Position numbers and translations under genes: made by a program
Notes under the pieces: generated by a model
What the model saw: the letters and a program-made list of their open reading frames with translations, nothing else
What the model was told of the DNA's origin: nothing
The model's database searches: none
Source: Tubiluchus corallicola
Lineage: Eukaryota; Animalia; Priapulida
NCBI GenBank assembly: GCA_030141605.1
Contig: JAQGDQ010000648.1
Span: forward strand, 55,469-119,468
Length of the DNA: 64,000 nucleotides
Direction: 5' to 3'
Shown: positions 12,900-26,568 of the stretch, piece by piece
Layout: the number at the start of each line of letters is the position of its first letter
Numbering within the stretch: position 1 is the stretch's first letter

Positions 12900-14365
12900 C
12901 ACTGTAACATTGCTGTGCCATCGAACGTACTCGTCGTTGAAGTGCCACATATGCATTAGAGAATTTCCATTTCATATGAACCCATGTTTGATCATGTGAT
13001 AGAACACAATTGTGCAGTTACAATTTTGTTTTTGTTGTGCGATTTTGTACTTTATAAAATAAACTAAAATGATTTCAGGATTATACTTTATAGAATAACT
13101 TTATTCCAGGATTATCACACCATCTTGTTAATATTGGTTTTGGGCGCATCCACAGTAAGGTTTTGTTTCATATATTCTTAATTAAGTTTAACCTAGGTAT
13201 AAAGCCACACTGTACCAACTGCATGGCAGCTTGCATTGTACAATTTTTTTAACATTATGTTAACATTTTTCTCCAATTTTTGTGGTGCACAAAAGTCACT
13301 AAAGTAAAAATTTGTTGAGTCATTTTGGAGTATCCGCTATTACTAGACATGCCTGCGTTGTCAATCACTCTTACATGTGAGTTCTCATGTGTATCGTTGC
13401 TTCCATGCACGCATTGCTACACTCGCTGCTCGTATGTATGCGAGTGCACCTGGTCTCTGCCACGCTCTACACAGACCCCCATGTTTTGGTAAATTATATT
13501 CTCCATCCATGTACACTAGCCAAAAATGAATGCGGAGAAATGTCCGTTTTCATGCTAATGTTTGCTGTTTTGGTACAAAGGTATTACAGAAAACCTCAAT
13601 GATGGGAAAAAATTTTGCAAACATTTTCATAGAAACCTAAGCTGGTAGAACTTCCTTATTCTCTGCTTCCATGTTTCTATGTACTGTAAAAAAATAACAT
13701 AATAGACGAAATTGTCACAGCAGCCACCCATCCATTTAGCTGCAAGTATCTGTAGTGTATTACTTCCTCTCTTGCTACTTTTCAAGTAAACCTCTCAGCT
13801 TTTCCATTATTGTCAATTAGCGACAGAAGATCAAAAGCAGTTTCGTTTGAGAGCTGGACTCTTTGTTATCAAAGCGCAGGTGTGTTCTACTATTTTTGTT
13901 GGAAGTTTATTCTTGTCGTAATAGAACACCCTGGGAAACATGTTTTGCTAAAATTGAAAGGAATGTGTTTTTAGATTTAAAAGCTTTTCAAACTGTTTGT
14001 ATAGCAAATATTGGGCTAAGAGCTTTTCTCGCGATAATAAAGGGTGAGACGGCTTAATAATAATTGCTGTTTGGATAAGATGGAGAAACTTTTAAGTGCT
14101 CAGCCACCTGAACAAAAGGCTCTTTACATGTGGAATTCTAAGATTCGAGTTCTGTTGTCGATTTTGAGCTGGAATAATTGCTGAGAGTGGTTCTGAAGCA
14201 AAGAAAAATATTTTCCCACATTTTAACATCTTGTGTAAATTAACCACACCCGAACACCTGGGAATGATGCCAGGGAAAGAGTTAAGTAAGGAATATTGAA
14301 TAAACCGAACGCCCTATAACTGAGAAAGATTTTGGGACATTTTCGATTTTTAGTGAAAAATTAAA
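12900..14365 (+). repeat. Family A, multiply deleted derivative of ~53860-57950
   Basis: 12900-12957 matches 53862-53918 and then jumps to 54808 (ttagagaatt..ttcatatgaacccatgtttg). It continues collinearly with 55185-55490, 55640-56040 and 57110-57950. Confidence 0.85.
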
Positions 14366-15190
14366 TTAGTGAAAGTTAGCGAAAAAGTGCTATTTCGCAG
14401 AAAATAAGTAAATAAGTGCGATTACATAAAAAATATGTTCAGTTGTGGATTAAATAAGTAATTAAGTGTGGTTGCACAGAATGTAAGTAATTAAGCACGG
14501 TAGTTGCAATAGTTAGCGAAAAAGTGTGATTTTGCAGAAAATAAGTAATTAAGTGCGGTTGCATAAAAAATATGTTCAGTTGTGCATAAAATAAGTAATT
14601 AAGTGTGGTTGTGCAGAAAATATGTAATTAAGTGCGGTTGCACAGAAAGTAAGTAATTAAGCACAGTAGTTGCGATGATTAGCGAAAAAGTGTGATTTCG
14701 CAGAAAATATGTAATTAAGTGCGGTTGTGCAGAAAATAAGTAAATAAGTGAGACTGCATTAAAAATATGTGCGGTTGTGCATAAAATAAGTAATTAAGTG
14801 CGGTTGTGCAGAATGTAAGTAATTAAGTGCGGTTGTGCAAAATGTAAGTAATTAAGTGCGGTAGTGCAGAATGTAAGTAATTAAGTGCAGTTGTGCAGAA
14901 AATAAGTAATTAAGTGCAGATGCACATAAAGTAAGTAAATAAGCATGGTAATTGCAATAGTTAGCGAAAAAGTGCGATTTCGCATAAAATAAGTAATTAA
15001 GTGCGATTGCATAAAAATATGTGCAGTGGCGCATAAAATAAGTAATTAAGTGCGGTAGTTGTGATAGTTAGTGAAAAAGTGCGATTTTGCAGAAAATAAG
15101 TAAATATGTGTGATTGCATAAAAAATATGTGCAGTTGTGCAGAAAATAAGTAATTAAGCACGGTAGTTGCGATGGTTAGCGAAAAAGAAA
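14365..15190. repeat. AT-rich minisatellite, ~28-30-bp variant units (taagtaattaagtgcggttgtgcagaaaa)
   Basis: Direct tandem repetition of taagtaattaagtgc.gttg with recurring longer variants (tagttagcgaaaaagtg). Confidence 0.95.
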
Positions 15191-18164
15191 ATAACTCTTT
15201 CCCAATAGCACAAGAAAAAATATTATATTTTTGAGTTGATGACTTTCATGTAATTTTGTATCACCGAATGTACCAACGAGTATCTTTTATCTTTGTACTA
15301 TAAATAGTGTGTACTGTAAAATAACATTTACCTTTTTAAAAAATGTCAATTTATTGCTTTTCAACTTAACAATCTGTATAACAAGAGTACATTTTTTATT
15401 TATTATATGAGCTAATTCGAATTTTAAACTAGACTTAAATTCGTCATGCTCGAGTCTTTTGTTGAAAATTATTCCATTTTTATTTCTTGCAAACGATAAA
15501 GTCCAGGCTGTAATGACCATCATAATATGTTGGTTTGGATCGTTTGTAACCATTAACCATGCAAATTACAGTAAAACTGGATTAAGCATCATCACTAATC
15601 AGCATCTTAGCAGTTGGAAAAAAGGGTAACATCGTGTGACCTTACGTGGTATACTAACCCTGAAGTGAGCCTTCAAAAGTTCGCCAAACAGTATATGAAG
15701 GCGTTATATGAAGGACATACCATCTTTGGACAATGTAACATGTCATTAATAAAAATTATTTACAAGAAGTAAGAAGTCTCTTCATCAGTTAAGGACAGAG
15801 TTATTTCATCCAGTTTACTATTTAAACAAAGTATTGTATGAGTTCGTAGTTCAGGTAACGTCATGGATCATACTGGTGGTCAAAGAGTGTTTTAAAGTGT
15901 TTTTGTTTTTTACAGTCCAATTTCTACATTTCATGCCGTAGTTTAGATGCCTTTTACCAGAATGCAAATTTGTCTGTTTACGAAAATCAGCTGTAGCGCT
16001 ATTACTAACGAAATGACCTGACACCGAACAATTTTTAAAATTAAAAATTCAATTCTGGTCAAAATTGCTGATTATAATGCTGCTCAGAGCAATTTTCCTA
16101 GAATTATTTTGGCCACACGTGACTCGGTTCTAATAACTAACTTTGAAGAGCTTTTTGTGACATAAAAAGAGAAACTTTGATTTGAATCATTGACAAATAT
16201 AGCCAATTCAGTTAATCAATGTCATTTATTTTCATAAGAATATCACAAAGGCGCATAAATGTGAGCGCAATGAACAGTCCTGAGCAGCTTTTCACTTCAT
16301 ACAAATTTTTACAACATACAAATCTATTCTAGTTATTATTAAATTGCCTGCATGTTAAGCAGGTCTTTTATTTTAACCATAACTGTAACAAAGATTAAGC
16401 AGGTCTTATTATCCTGCTCTAACAATTTATTGAAGTTCATTTAGGTTTCTGTAAATTCTTAAAAGGAAGAAAATATTTGGTAGTAAGATGGTCGACTTGT
16501 GCAAATAAAAAGTGAAAGAACTTTGCGTTTATTAAAAATGTTCAAACAAACATTATTGGCGCCACATTTCTAGTGCTCAAGAATTTGAGGCGGAGTTAAA
16601 AACCTGTCATGGTGAACAACTCCAACACGTCAGTTTATAGGCGTAACTTTCAGATGCGTGAAGACGAGACAACTCAAGCAAATCATTTGCTTTGCAGTCT
16701 TGCTATAAGCGTGAACAGTGCTCCAGGAAAAAACAGAAGAGTTTTTAGTGAAGTGTAATACTGATTTTAAGTGCAAAATGTGTGATTTTGTGAAAAAAGT
16801 GAAAATTTTGTTTTCTGCACGAAACAATTTATTCTTTGCACTTAACCACAGAAGTGATCACGCTTTAGTCTTCCATTTTGTCTAATAAATGGATTGTGGC
16901 TGCAAAGTCATTTAAAAACATAATGGTGGCACTTCATAAAGCAAGTTTTAAATTAACGTTCGTTCAGTAAAAGTGAAAAGCGCCTGTGTGTTTATTAAAT
17001 TTAAAGCCTCGTTAGGCTAAAAGCAGCAATTTAGCTTTGAAATTTCCTACCAAAAACAAAACGCGTATCGCCATCTTGATATTGAAATACGCGCCACTTT
17101 GTGACGTCATCAGCGTGATTTACCTGGAATATGGCATGGAGTATGAATTTGCTTTACAAAGTTTATGTCAGGCATCAGAAAGGTAATTCAATCTTTATAA
17201 CTGTACTGCTTATGTTTTATGGTAAGTGTTAATCTTATGAGCAATCCTTTTAAATCACTTACTTTGTTTTGCATGATGGGTCGTGTAGGGCTGTGATCTA
17301 TCATGACACGATAATATTGTTTGGTCACCTGTATGGCCTGATTTAGGGAATTTTAAGGCACTCTCAGATTTAGAAATATCGCTGAAAGCAGGGATCCAAT
17401 AGTAAGTTGCATCCTTTATCTACACACTGATGCAAAAAAGATGAAACATACCTCCTATTAATAAAAAAAACAACTTTTATAAACTAATTAAAGCTTTTGT
17501 GAAATATTTTTGTTTGGTGTCTAGCAATGAACAATATTTTAATCTTCTGCTGCGCGCCACAGTCTAGCATGTAGTAACAAAAACAAAGAAAAATTTAACT
17601 GTAAACTTACTGAAAAGCTAAAAAGAGGTTCGGGCAAATTTTCTCAACGTCCGCCATTTTGCAGCGTCTGTGTGTGCCAGTATGTGGCGTACTCTATTGG
17701 CATTGTTTTGTAGTTTTGTTTCTCTTTCGAAACCCGGCACAACGAGCAAAGCAGGGAACATACAATGATTTGAGGCTTCGTACTGCACAAAAATGGTGAC
17801 TGTGTGAAGATTGTTAATTAGTTAGTTAGGTAAGCTATTCAGTTGGTCGCCTGTACTAATTAATTAATTAATTCATAATTAAATCATGAACTAATTAATT
17901 AAATCACATTTTTTCATTTCTGTGCATAGTTGTAAATAGGTTTGATTTTATTCGTTGTTTCTTTCCATTACTGCACAGTAATTAAGATTGCACTGACGCA
18001 TTTGCCTTTAGCAGTGTAAGTTTTTATTAACTAACACTGATTGATCATCTCTGTAAAGTTTTTATTCGGTGATTATCAGTGTATTTTAATGGCAAATAAA
18101 ATTATTATATATATATATATATATAGTTAGTCATTCATTTAGTTTTAGCATTGCGGTATGACAT

Positions 18165-18545
18165 GCTTGGTGAAATGGCAGGTTTGGCCAGTATGGCATG
18201 TTTTGTAGCGTGCCTGGGGTGGCAGGCTTGGTATTTTGGCAGTATGGCAGGTTTGGTGGGTAGGACAGGTTTGTCAGTATTTTGGGCATGGCAGGTTTAG
18301 GTTGTTTGACAGTATGGCAGATTTGACAAGTTTGGCAGTATGGCAGGTTTAGGCTGTTTGACAGTATGGCAGATTTGACAAGTTTGACAGTATGGCGGGT
18401 ATAGCAGGTTTGGCGGTACAGCGGGTTTGGCAGTATGGCGGGTTTGCAGGTATTACAGGTTTGACAGTTTGACAGGTATGGCATGTTTGGCAGTATGGCA
18501 GGTTTGCAGGTATATCTGATTTGACACTATGGCGGGTATGCAGCC
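18165..18545. repeat. Degenerate minisatellite of ggcaggttt / ggcagtat subunits
   Basis: Repeated tttggcagtatggcaggtttg-type units. Confidence 0.9.
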
Positions 18546-19109
18546 TGATTTATTTTTTGTGTCAAATTGCTAATTGATTGAGACCTTGGTTGGTAGATTA
18601 GTAACTTCTTTGGTTAATTAGATAGCTAATTAGTTAAATACAATTCTAGTTGAGTAGTTAGTTGGTCATTCAGTCAATCAACCAGTTTATACGTGGGTGA
18701 AACTGTAATTAAGTCAGTTAGTCTTCCAGTCAATTAATCAGTCAAACACTTATTCATTATTGGTGCATATTAAACTGTGATTTAGCATTTAATTTTCTTT
18801 TTTTTATTTTCTAGCAATGTTGTTGTAAGTGCGTGATATTTTGTAAACTGAACTGTGGTTTGCAATAAAATAATCGTATCATATCATATCACTCTCTCAG
18901 ACAGCTGAATATTCACCTGTCTGTAAGCTTTTGTTTACTTATACAAGTTATTTGTTCTCTTATGTTTTTGTTTCCTTTTTATTTCTTTACTCACTCACTC
19001 AAGCAAATTACTAATCACTGATTGACTAACTGCTTAAATAATAAGTGGCTGGTTAACTAACCCAATCAATGATGAAGTAGAATCAATTATTAAGTATTTA
19101 GATTTGTTA

Positions 19110-20470
19110 CATCACCAACCCAACGCTCCATTTGTAATGCATGACACACACCATACCACAACACCATAACACACCACCCACATCACACCACTCTACATCA
19201 CGCCACCCACACACTTCCACCCCACCACATTATCCACACCACATTCCCAAACACCACAGCATCAATAACACACCACACCACACCACCCAGACCAAACTGC
19301 ACTGCACCCACCACACCATGCCCACCAACACCACACCCACACTACCACCCACAAACACCATCCACAGCACACTACAATACACCCACCACATCATGCCCAC
19401 CAACACCACACCCACACTACCACCCACAAACACCATCCACAGCACACTACAATACACCCACCACACCATGCCCACCAACACCACACCCACACTACCACCC
19501 ACAAACACCATCCACAGCACACTACAATACACCCACCACATCATGCCCACCAACACCACACCCACCCTACCACCCACAAACACCATCCACAGCACACTAC
19601 AATACACCAGCCACATCATATGGTGATGATGATGTTGTTGAAGACTATGATGATGATGACGACAACGATGACGACACCTCCAGCTCCAACACCATCAGCA
19701 CAACATCACAACGAAACTATTCAAAACATTTTGCACAAAGTCAAAACAGTGTGCTATAATAGATGCTGTTAGTCTGTCTCCCAATGATTAATAATGTTCA
19801 GACATTTAACATAGTTTTTATTTATTGCTCCTCAGATGATAATAGGCTAACAGAACTTACATGTAAAATCTATGACAATTTAGAAGACGGTGAAGAGAAT
19901 GCTTGGAACAACCGCGAAATTTAAGCCAATGGATGTTCCAAATTGGGTGCAGCTTATTGGCATGAAAAAGAACTTTGAAATACACCCTTCTGGTTTCGTC
20001 TAGTGGACATCTCTCCCCAAAAAACCTCCAACATTTTATGGACCGTTTTGTCCTCTTTTTGTGAGTGTGCCCAAACTGTTGCAAAAATTAAATTTTCCTG
20101 TAGGCTATTTGAGCAGTTTTATGCAAAATCTGGGTGACTGTGTCCAGGAAAACGCCTGTCACGGGACGCTGTGCCCCTCCCCCGAAAACTAAATATGACT
20201 ATAACTCACACCGTTGAACAGGCTATCTAACCGTTACTGGAACGTTCCCATTCTATAGAAATAAGAAGTATAACTTTTGTAATTTTTTGGGAAAAACGGC
20301 TAAAAAATGTAGTTTTTGAAGATTCTTCGCCACCCGTTCTTCACGGTGGGCCCGATCCGAAAAATAAAACCCCAATTGCAAATCTGTGTGTCCTGGCCTT
20401 TCGTTTGATGTATAAACCGTTGAAAATGGTGCCGTTGTTGGAGCTGTAGCCTCGTCAATTGCATATAATA
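19110..20470 (-). mobile_element. Helitron-like CAC family, long copy with internal 75-bp tandem repeat
   Basis: Collinear with 45100-46082 from the CAC tract through cccaattgcaaatctg..ggagctgtagcctcgtc. 19306-19610 holds four 75-bp units. Confidence 0.7.
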
Positions 20471-22949
20471 TACGATTATAATTTTCTTTTAACATTGTTT
20501 TGCATTGCACTGTGTTTTTCTTTCGTTTCTCTTTTCACATAAAAACACAGTTCTTAAACTGTTGCATAATCATGCTGTTTTTGATTGGTTTGTTTATTTC
20601 TTTTATATTTGCTTACATATTGTCCTTTTTTGTTTTTGCTTATTTTAATCATTTTCATTAATTGCTTCTCTCCATGTTGCTCTTGAAACAAAGTCGAATT
20701 ATCTTTTTTCAGTTTTGTCTTTACTTGTGTATGTTCTTAGAAATTTGTTTTAGATGATTATACTTTTATTGTAAGCTCTGTTGTCATATTTTTAATTATC
20801 ACTTACTAAAAAAATACTAATTATTTCCCTGTTAATGTTTACAGTGTCTTAAATGTTTCATTAATTTTATCCGAAAAGGGTAGTTTATTTGGCGATCCCT
20901 TGCTACCCTTTTTCCTACACTTACAGTGACATATATTTTTATTTTTTTCATAAGTATGCTGCTTCTAATTATTGTTTTTACTCTATAAATTGTAGACGTG
21001 ATAAAATAAAAATGTCTAATTCTATGTCAAACGTAATGAACAAATTATTTTTATTCACACTTTGGGTGTTTTAAGCAGAGTTTTAATTGAGTAGCTTGGA
21101 AACCAAGACAGTGCATCATTATACTCGACAGAGAATCTATAATAGACAGACAATGTTTTTATAAATTATTACTTCAAATAATATTATATAGCCTAGGGAA
21201 CAATAATTGACAACACCCTTAGTAACAGCCCAAATATTAGCACACCTGCACAGGTATTATAATGACAAAAATTGAAATGTTTTAATGTTGAAAAAGATTT
21301 TAATTTTTCAATTGGCAATTTGTTTATTTAAAGGTTATTGTTGGTGACCTTCAATGGAGCTTCAAGAAGTTCATGTGTCTAAAAGTCACTTTAAATCCCG
21401 GAACATTTAACCTATTCTGCCTACTGTGTCTCACTGCAATGCTGGAAACGTCTAGGAAACCACAATTACGACACGGCTATTAAAATTAGTCTTTTTCCTT
21501 CAATAGATCTATGAATCATGTGTAATGTTGTAAAAAATCAGTTGACTCAAATATAACAGACTTGGTGAGACTGATGATTCTGTTGAGTATGTATGCAGCA
21601 CATTGAATTCAATTTTAAACATGAAATGTTTTGCAATTTGCTGTAAAGCCATAAAGAAAGACGGAATTGACAGCAAAGATTTCACGTAGAAGCAGCTCTA
21701 TGAAAATTGATGGAAGCCATATCTGACGGTTCTGTTCCTTGGAACTTAGTACATGATGAAAGAAATTATACCATATATTGATAGGTCAGGGGAATGAGCG
21801 AATGTCCAAAACTTTTTGAAACGGAAATCAACATAATTATGTCCATCTTGAGAGCAAACAATCCTTGTGCAGTACCACTAATCTAAAAAATAAAGAAAAC
21901 TGGTGATTGTAATTTATGGTGATAAATACCGTAAGGATCGAAATGGTGATAAGTATTAATTGGTTTTAAAAGGCCTGCGAGAAACTCAGAGTTAAACTGT
22001 TGCTTCAGTGATTAGTTTATTTCACATGAGATTGAGTGAAGCATCTATAAGTATGTGTAAATGTGAAAGCTTGCAATGACAATCTTTATAAGGGACTTTT
22101 GATTTTGTATGGGACTTTGTGCTTTGCATAATAAGACAAAACAAATTTTTTGTTCAGCACTCTTCACAAAGTATGTGTTGTTTATCTTTAAACTGTGGAC
22201 ACTGGCATAATAGACTCACAATTGTTTGTTGTCATAATAAATTTTTTTGTACTATTACTCATTGTTTCTGTATAGTAGGTCATAGCAAAAGAAAGTTAAT
22301 TAAATCTTCTACTTTTGGAACTATACAAACAGCAGAACCCTAGTCAAACACAGTACCTTCTTTCAAAATGTAGTCTGTAGATGGATCTTACGTATCTTAG
22401 GCACATGTGGACGAGCATTCATCCTTCATCAACAGACTTTTCCATGTGTGTGTTACTGTTCCTGTTGGTGGTCACCGCCTTTGGTAATGTGGCAAACCTA
22501 GTCACCTCCTACAGAAAATAGTAAGTAAGTTAAAAAGTTATGAATACATTGTTATAATTGAGTAAAAAAAAATACATAATGAAAAAATAATGATCATCAA
22601 GGCACATGCCCTTTCGTCGTTTTACTTCATATTTGACATGCATTGAGACGCCATTTCCCAAATTCTGCATTTTATCTGGAAGGAAATGTTTTTTTTAATA
22701 AACTAATTCATTTCTTATCAAAAGGTTAATTACGATTAAATGAAATTAATCAGAGACTTTCACCGAATAACTAATAAACTTAAACAAAATACATACATCT
22801 TTGGCATCAAATCTGGGTTACACAGAAAATTGTCAACACGTCATCACTGCTATTAACCCATTGAAACTTGAATGAACGCTACATCATTCTACTTTTCCTA
22901 TTAAAATTAATTACAGTTTTGACGTTTCCAATTTTGAAGGCAGAAAATA

Positions 22950-23842
22950 TAGAAAGGTGGGAGAGCTCTTAGGAAAGATTGAAGATGGGAGAGCTATTAG
23001 AAAGAACTGAAGATGGGAGACCTATTAGGAAGGACTGAACGTGAGAGAGCTATTAGGAACGACTGAAGGTGGGAGAGCAATTAGGAAGGACTGAAGATGG
23101 GAGAGCTATTAGGAAGGACTGAAGGTGGGAGAGCAATTAGGAACGACTGAAGGTGAGAGAGCTATTAGGAAGGACTGAAGATGGGAGAGCTATTAGGAAG
23201 GACTGAAGGTGGGAGAGCAATTAGGAAGGACTGAAGGTGGGAGAGCTATTAAGGAGGACTGAAGATGGGAGAGCTATAAGGAAGGACTGAAGATGGGAGA
23301 GCTATTAGGAAGGACTGAAGGTGGGAGAGCTATTAGAAAGGACTGAAGGTGGGAGAGCTATTAGGAAGGACTGAAGGTGGGAGAGCTATTAGGAAGGACT
23401 GAAGGTGAGAGAGCTATTAGGAAAGATTGAAGATGGGAGAGCTATTAGAAAGGACTGAAGATGGGAGACCTATTAGGAAGGACTGAAGGTGAGAGAGCTA
23501 TTAGGAGCGACTGAAGGTGGGAGAGCAATTAGGAAGGACTGAAGATGGGAGAGCTATTAGGAAGGACTGAAGGTGAGAGAGCTTTTAGGAACGACTGAAG
23601 GTGGGAGAGCTATTAGGAAGGACTGAAGATGGGAGACCTATTAGGAAGGACTGAAGGTGAGAGAGCTATTAGGAACGACTGAAGGTGGGAGAGCAATTAG
23701 GAAGGACTGAAGATGGGAGAGCTATTAGGAAGGACTGAAGGTGAGAGAGCTTTTAGGAACGACTGAAGGTGGGAGAGCTATTAGGAAGGACTGAAGATGG
23801 GAGAGCTATTATGAAGGACTGAAGATGGGAAAGCTATTAGAA
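22950..23842. repeat. 28-bp minisatellite (GAAGGACTGAAGRTGGGAGAGCTATTAG), ~31-32 copies
   Basis: Direct, highly homogeneous tandem units with strong purine bias on the + strand. Confidence 0.98.
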
Positions 23843-24669
23843 ATTCAGGTCAAGTGATCAAGCCAGAAAAATTATATGTAAGAAAACCACGTAGGTAACC
23901 TACAGATCAACATGAAAATATTAAGCAAACTAAATGTATTTCAAGTAAAAGAAAAGATTTTGAAGGAACAAATTTGCAATGTTAATCAAAATATAAAATG
24001 AAAAATAAACACAAAAGCTAGAATTGAACTCACGACCTATGCATCACGACAACTTAATCTGATGAACTAAACGCACATTTAATTATTATTAGTTATATTG
24101 TTAGAACAAACTATTTTGCTTATTTAATAAACAAAAATCCTCAACACCTGTCACACAGATAATTCAGCTGTCGTCTTCCACCTAGCGTGGGCTGCATACA
24201 GTAAGCCGCGTCACCTATAATCAGCGTTGCTTCTCACAAGCCGTCTTGAGCACTTTATAGTGAGTCTTGTTGTGAAATGAGTTTGAGCATTAATTTCGTT
24301 TACCTTGAGGCTTCTAACATGTTTCTGGTTTTTACATTACAAAATTCAATTACTCTGTAAGAATTCATAACAGATTCGTGGTTTAAGTTTGTTTCTCAGA
24401 AAACAGTCTCCCAGTATCCCAGGCTCTCTCAATACTCTCCCAGAGAAAAACCCCTTAACAGAAAAAACAACTTCCCTGAATAATATCTTCTTGGGAATCT
24501 CTTCACAGAAAAAGCACTTCCTAGAAAGATATTTAGCAAAAAAAATTTACGTTCTCAACTTTTACATCTTTATTATAGTTAGACAAAGCCTTCGGTTTCT
24601 CTTTCTGTGTTTACTTTTCTCTTATTTCCTACTTCCTGCCACTTCAACTCTCACTTGCTCTCCCTCCTT

Positions 24670-25085
<416 letters not shown>

Positions 25086-26568
25086 GTTAGTTATCAGTGC
25101 TTTGATTAATGGCTAATAGAAATCAGTGTCATTAAAAAAATGATCCATTGTTTAAGGGGTCAACATTGTTCTTCTAAAGTTTAAAGCTGTTTTGGAAAAT
25201 TTTGAAACTTCCTTGGTACAATTTCAAGTTGTTAATTGGCTAAAATTGCTTTCTCAAATTAATTTGCATGGCATCATCTGACTTACATAATCTCTTCAAT
25301 TTCGATTGATATTCACATAATTTGAAATAAAGTTTAATAGATAATAATTATAAAAAATGAATGCTATGCGAACTATAGTATACAGATTTGTGAATATCTT
25401 GGGACGTCTTTGGGATATGAAGCACTACCATGAGAGGCCATTTTTGTACCAAATTTTAGTTTCCAGTTTATTTTTGCGCAATGATTGTTCACACATCCGT
25501 TAGAATATACAATAATGGACCTATAGCTTTCGACGGTAGTAAAATATACCCGCTTTTGCAGAATTTGATGAAAACGTGTGAACGACCTCAATGTAGTAAT
25601 AAAAGCTTTATTTTTAGCCCTGTTGTGTACGACAGAATCACCAGTACACTCTCATACGCCATCAGCAGAGCTGCACTAGTTTAATTTTTTCACGGCCTAA
25701 ATGTAGTTTTCCTCTATGGCGTTTCCGCGAGATACAAAAAAGTTAATTACTCATTAATTAGACAACGTACTGCAAAAAATTTCGCCAAATTGTTCACGAG
25801 GAAGGCAACTATACAATAAGTGGAACTTGTTTTCCTAGTATTCCGCTTTTAAAGCACAAGAAAACCCTCCACTTTCACACAGCTTAAAAATCCTTTCAAA
25901 ACAAACGAAACATCCTTAGAAGACAAACGAAAAATCCTTTCAGTACGATATCTGCACAAAATTGCTGTAAACCAGTATAATTTTTTAAGACGATTTTTCT
26001 GAAACCTACTTCAGGTACCCCCTTTCTTGTCCTTTAAGCAAAGTCAAAACTTTGTGTTGCTAAGGGGGCAAAATAACTTCTGCTCTCTTTGCAGGGCGAC
26101 ATTAAGCACGAAAAGTGGTACTGATTCACGCTCCTTTGTACAAAATTAGACTATTTTTAACTCCTGTCTCTATTTGCTCTACTTTATTTTCCCGACTCTT
26201 TCCCAGGTGTGGAGTGTAGGCTTTGAATTCATGTGTGTAGTCACAGGGCTTTACTTTCTTAATGCTTTCCCGCTTTTTTAAGCTCCCAGGCTAATTTATT
26301 TACACAACACTTTAGAGTAAAATTCTGAAATCTTTTTCATCTGCAACACAAACAAACTTGTTGTTGCGGCATCTTGGCTCTGAAAGCTCTTTGTGTTGAC
26401 CGGTTTTGTAGGAATGTTAAATCTTTGTGAAATCTCTCAAGTTGTTCAAAATGCCCTGGGATGCTGAATCTATGTTTACACAGTCAGGTATTTCTTCTTT
26501 CACGAAATCTGCAATGTAAACTTTATTATAATCTTATTTGCAATGTTTGTAAAATGGAACATAATTAT

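Noticed and set aside
19141-19626. His/Thr/Pro-rich mucin-like ORFs (also at 10.5k, 42.2k, 43.2k, 45.8k)
   Set aside because: They arise from the stop-poor CAC tract of a dispersed repeat. There is no signal peptide and no conserved frame.
22950-23842. CRISPR-like regular repeats (also 14365-15190)
   Set aside because: The units are directly adjacent with no unique spacers, there are no cas genes, and the context is eukaryotic.
24015-24080. Minus-strand tRNA-like A/B boxes (similar B-box at ~27200)
   Set aside because: No cloverleaf and only short box matches. At most these are SINE debris.
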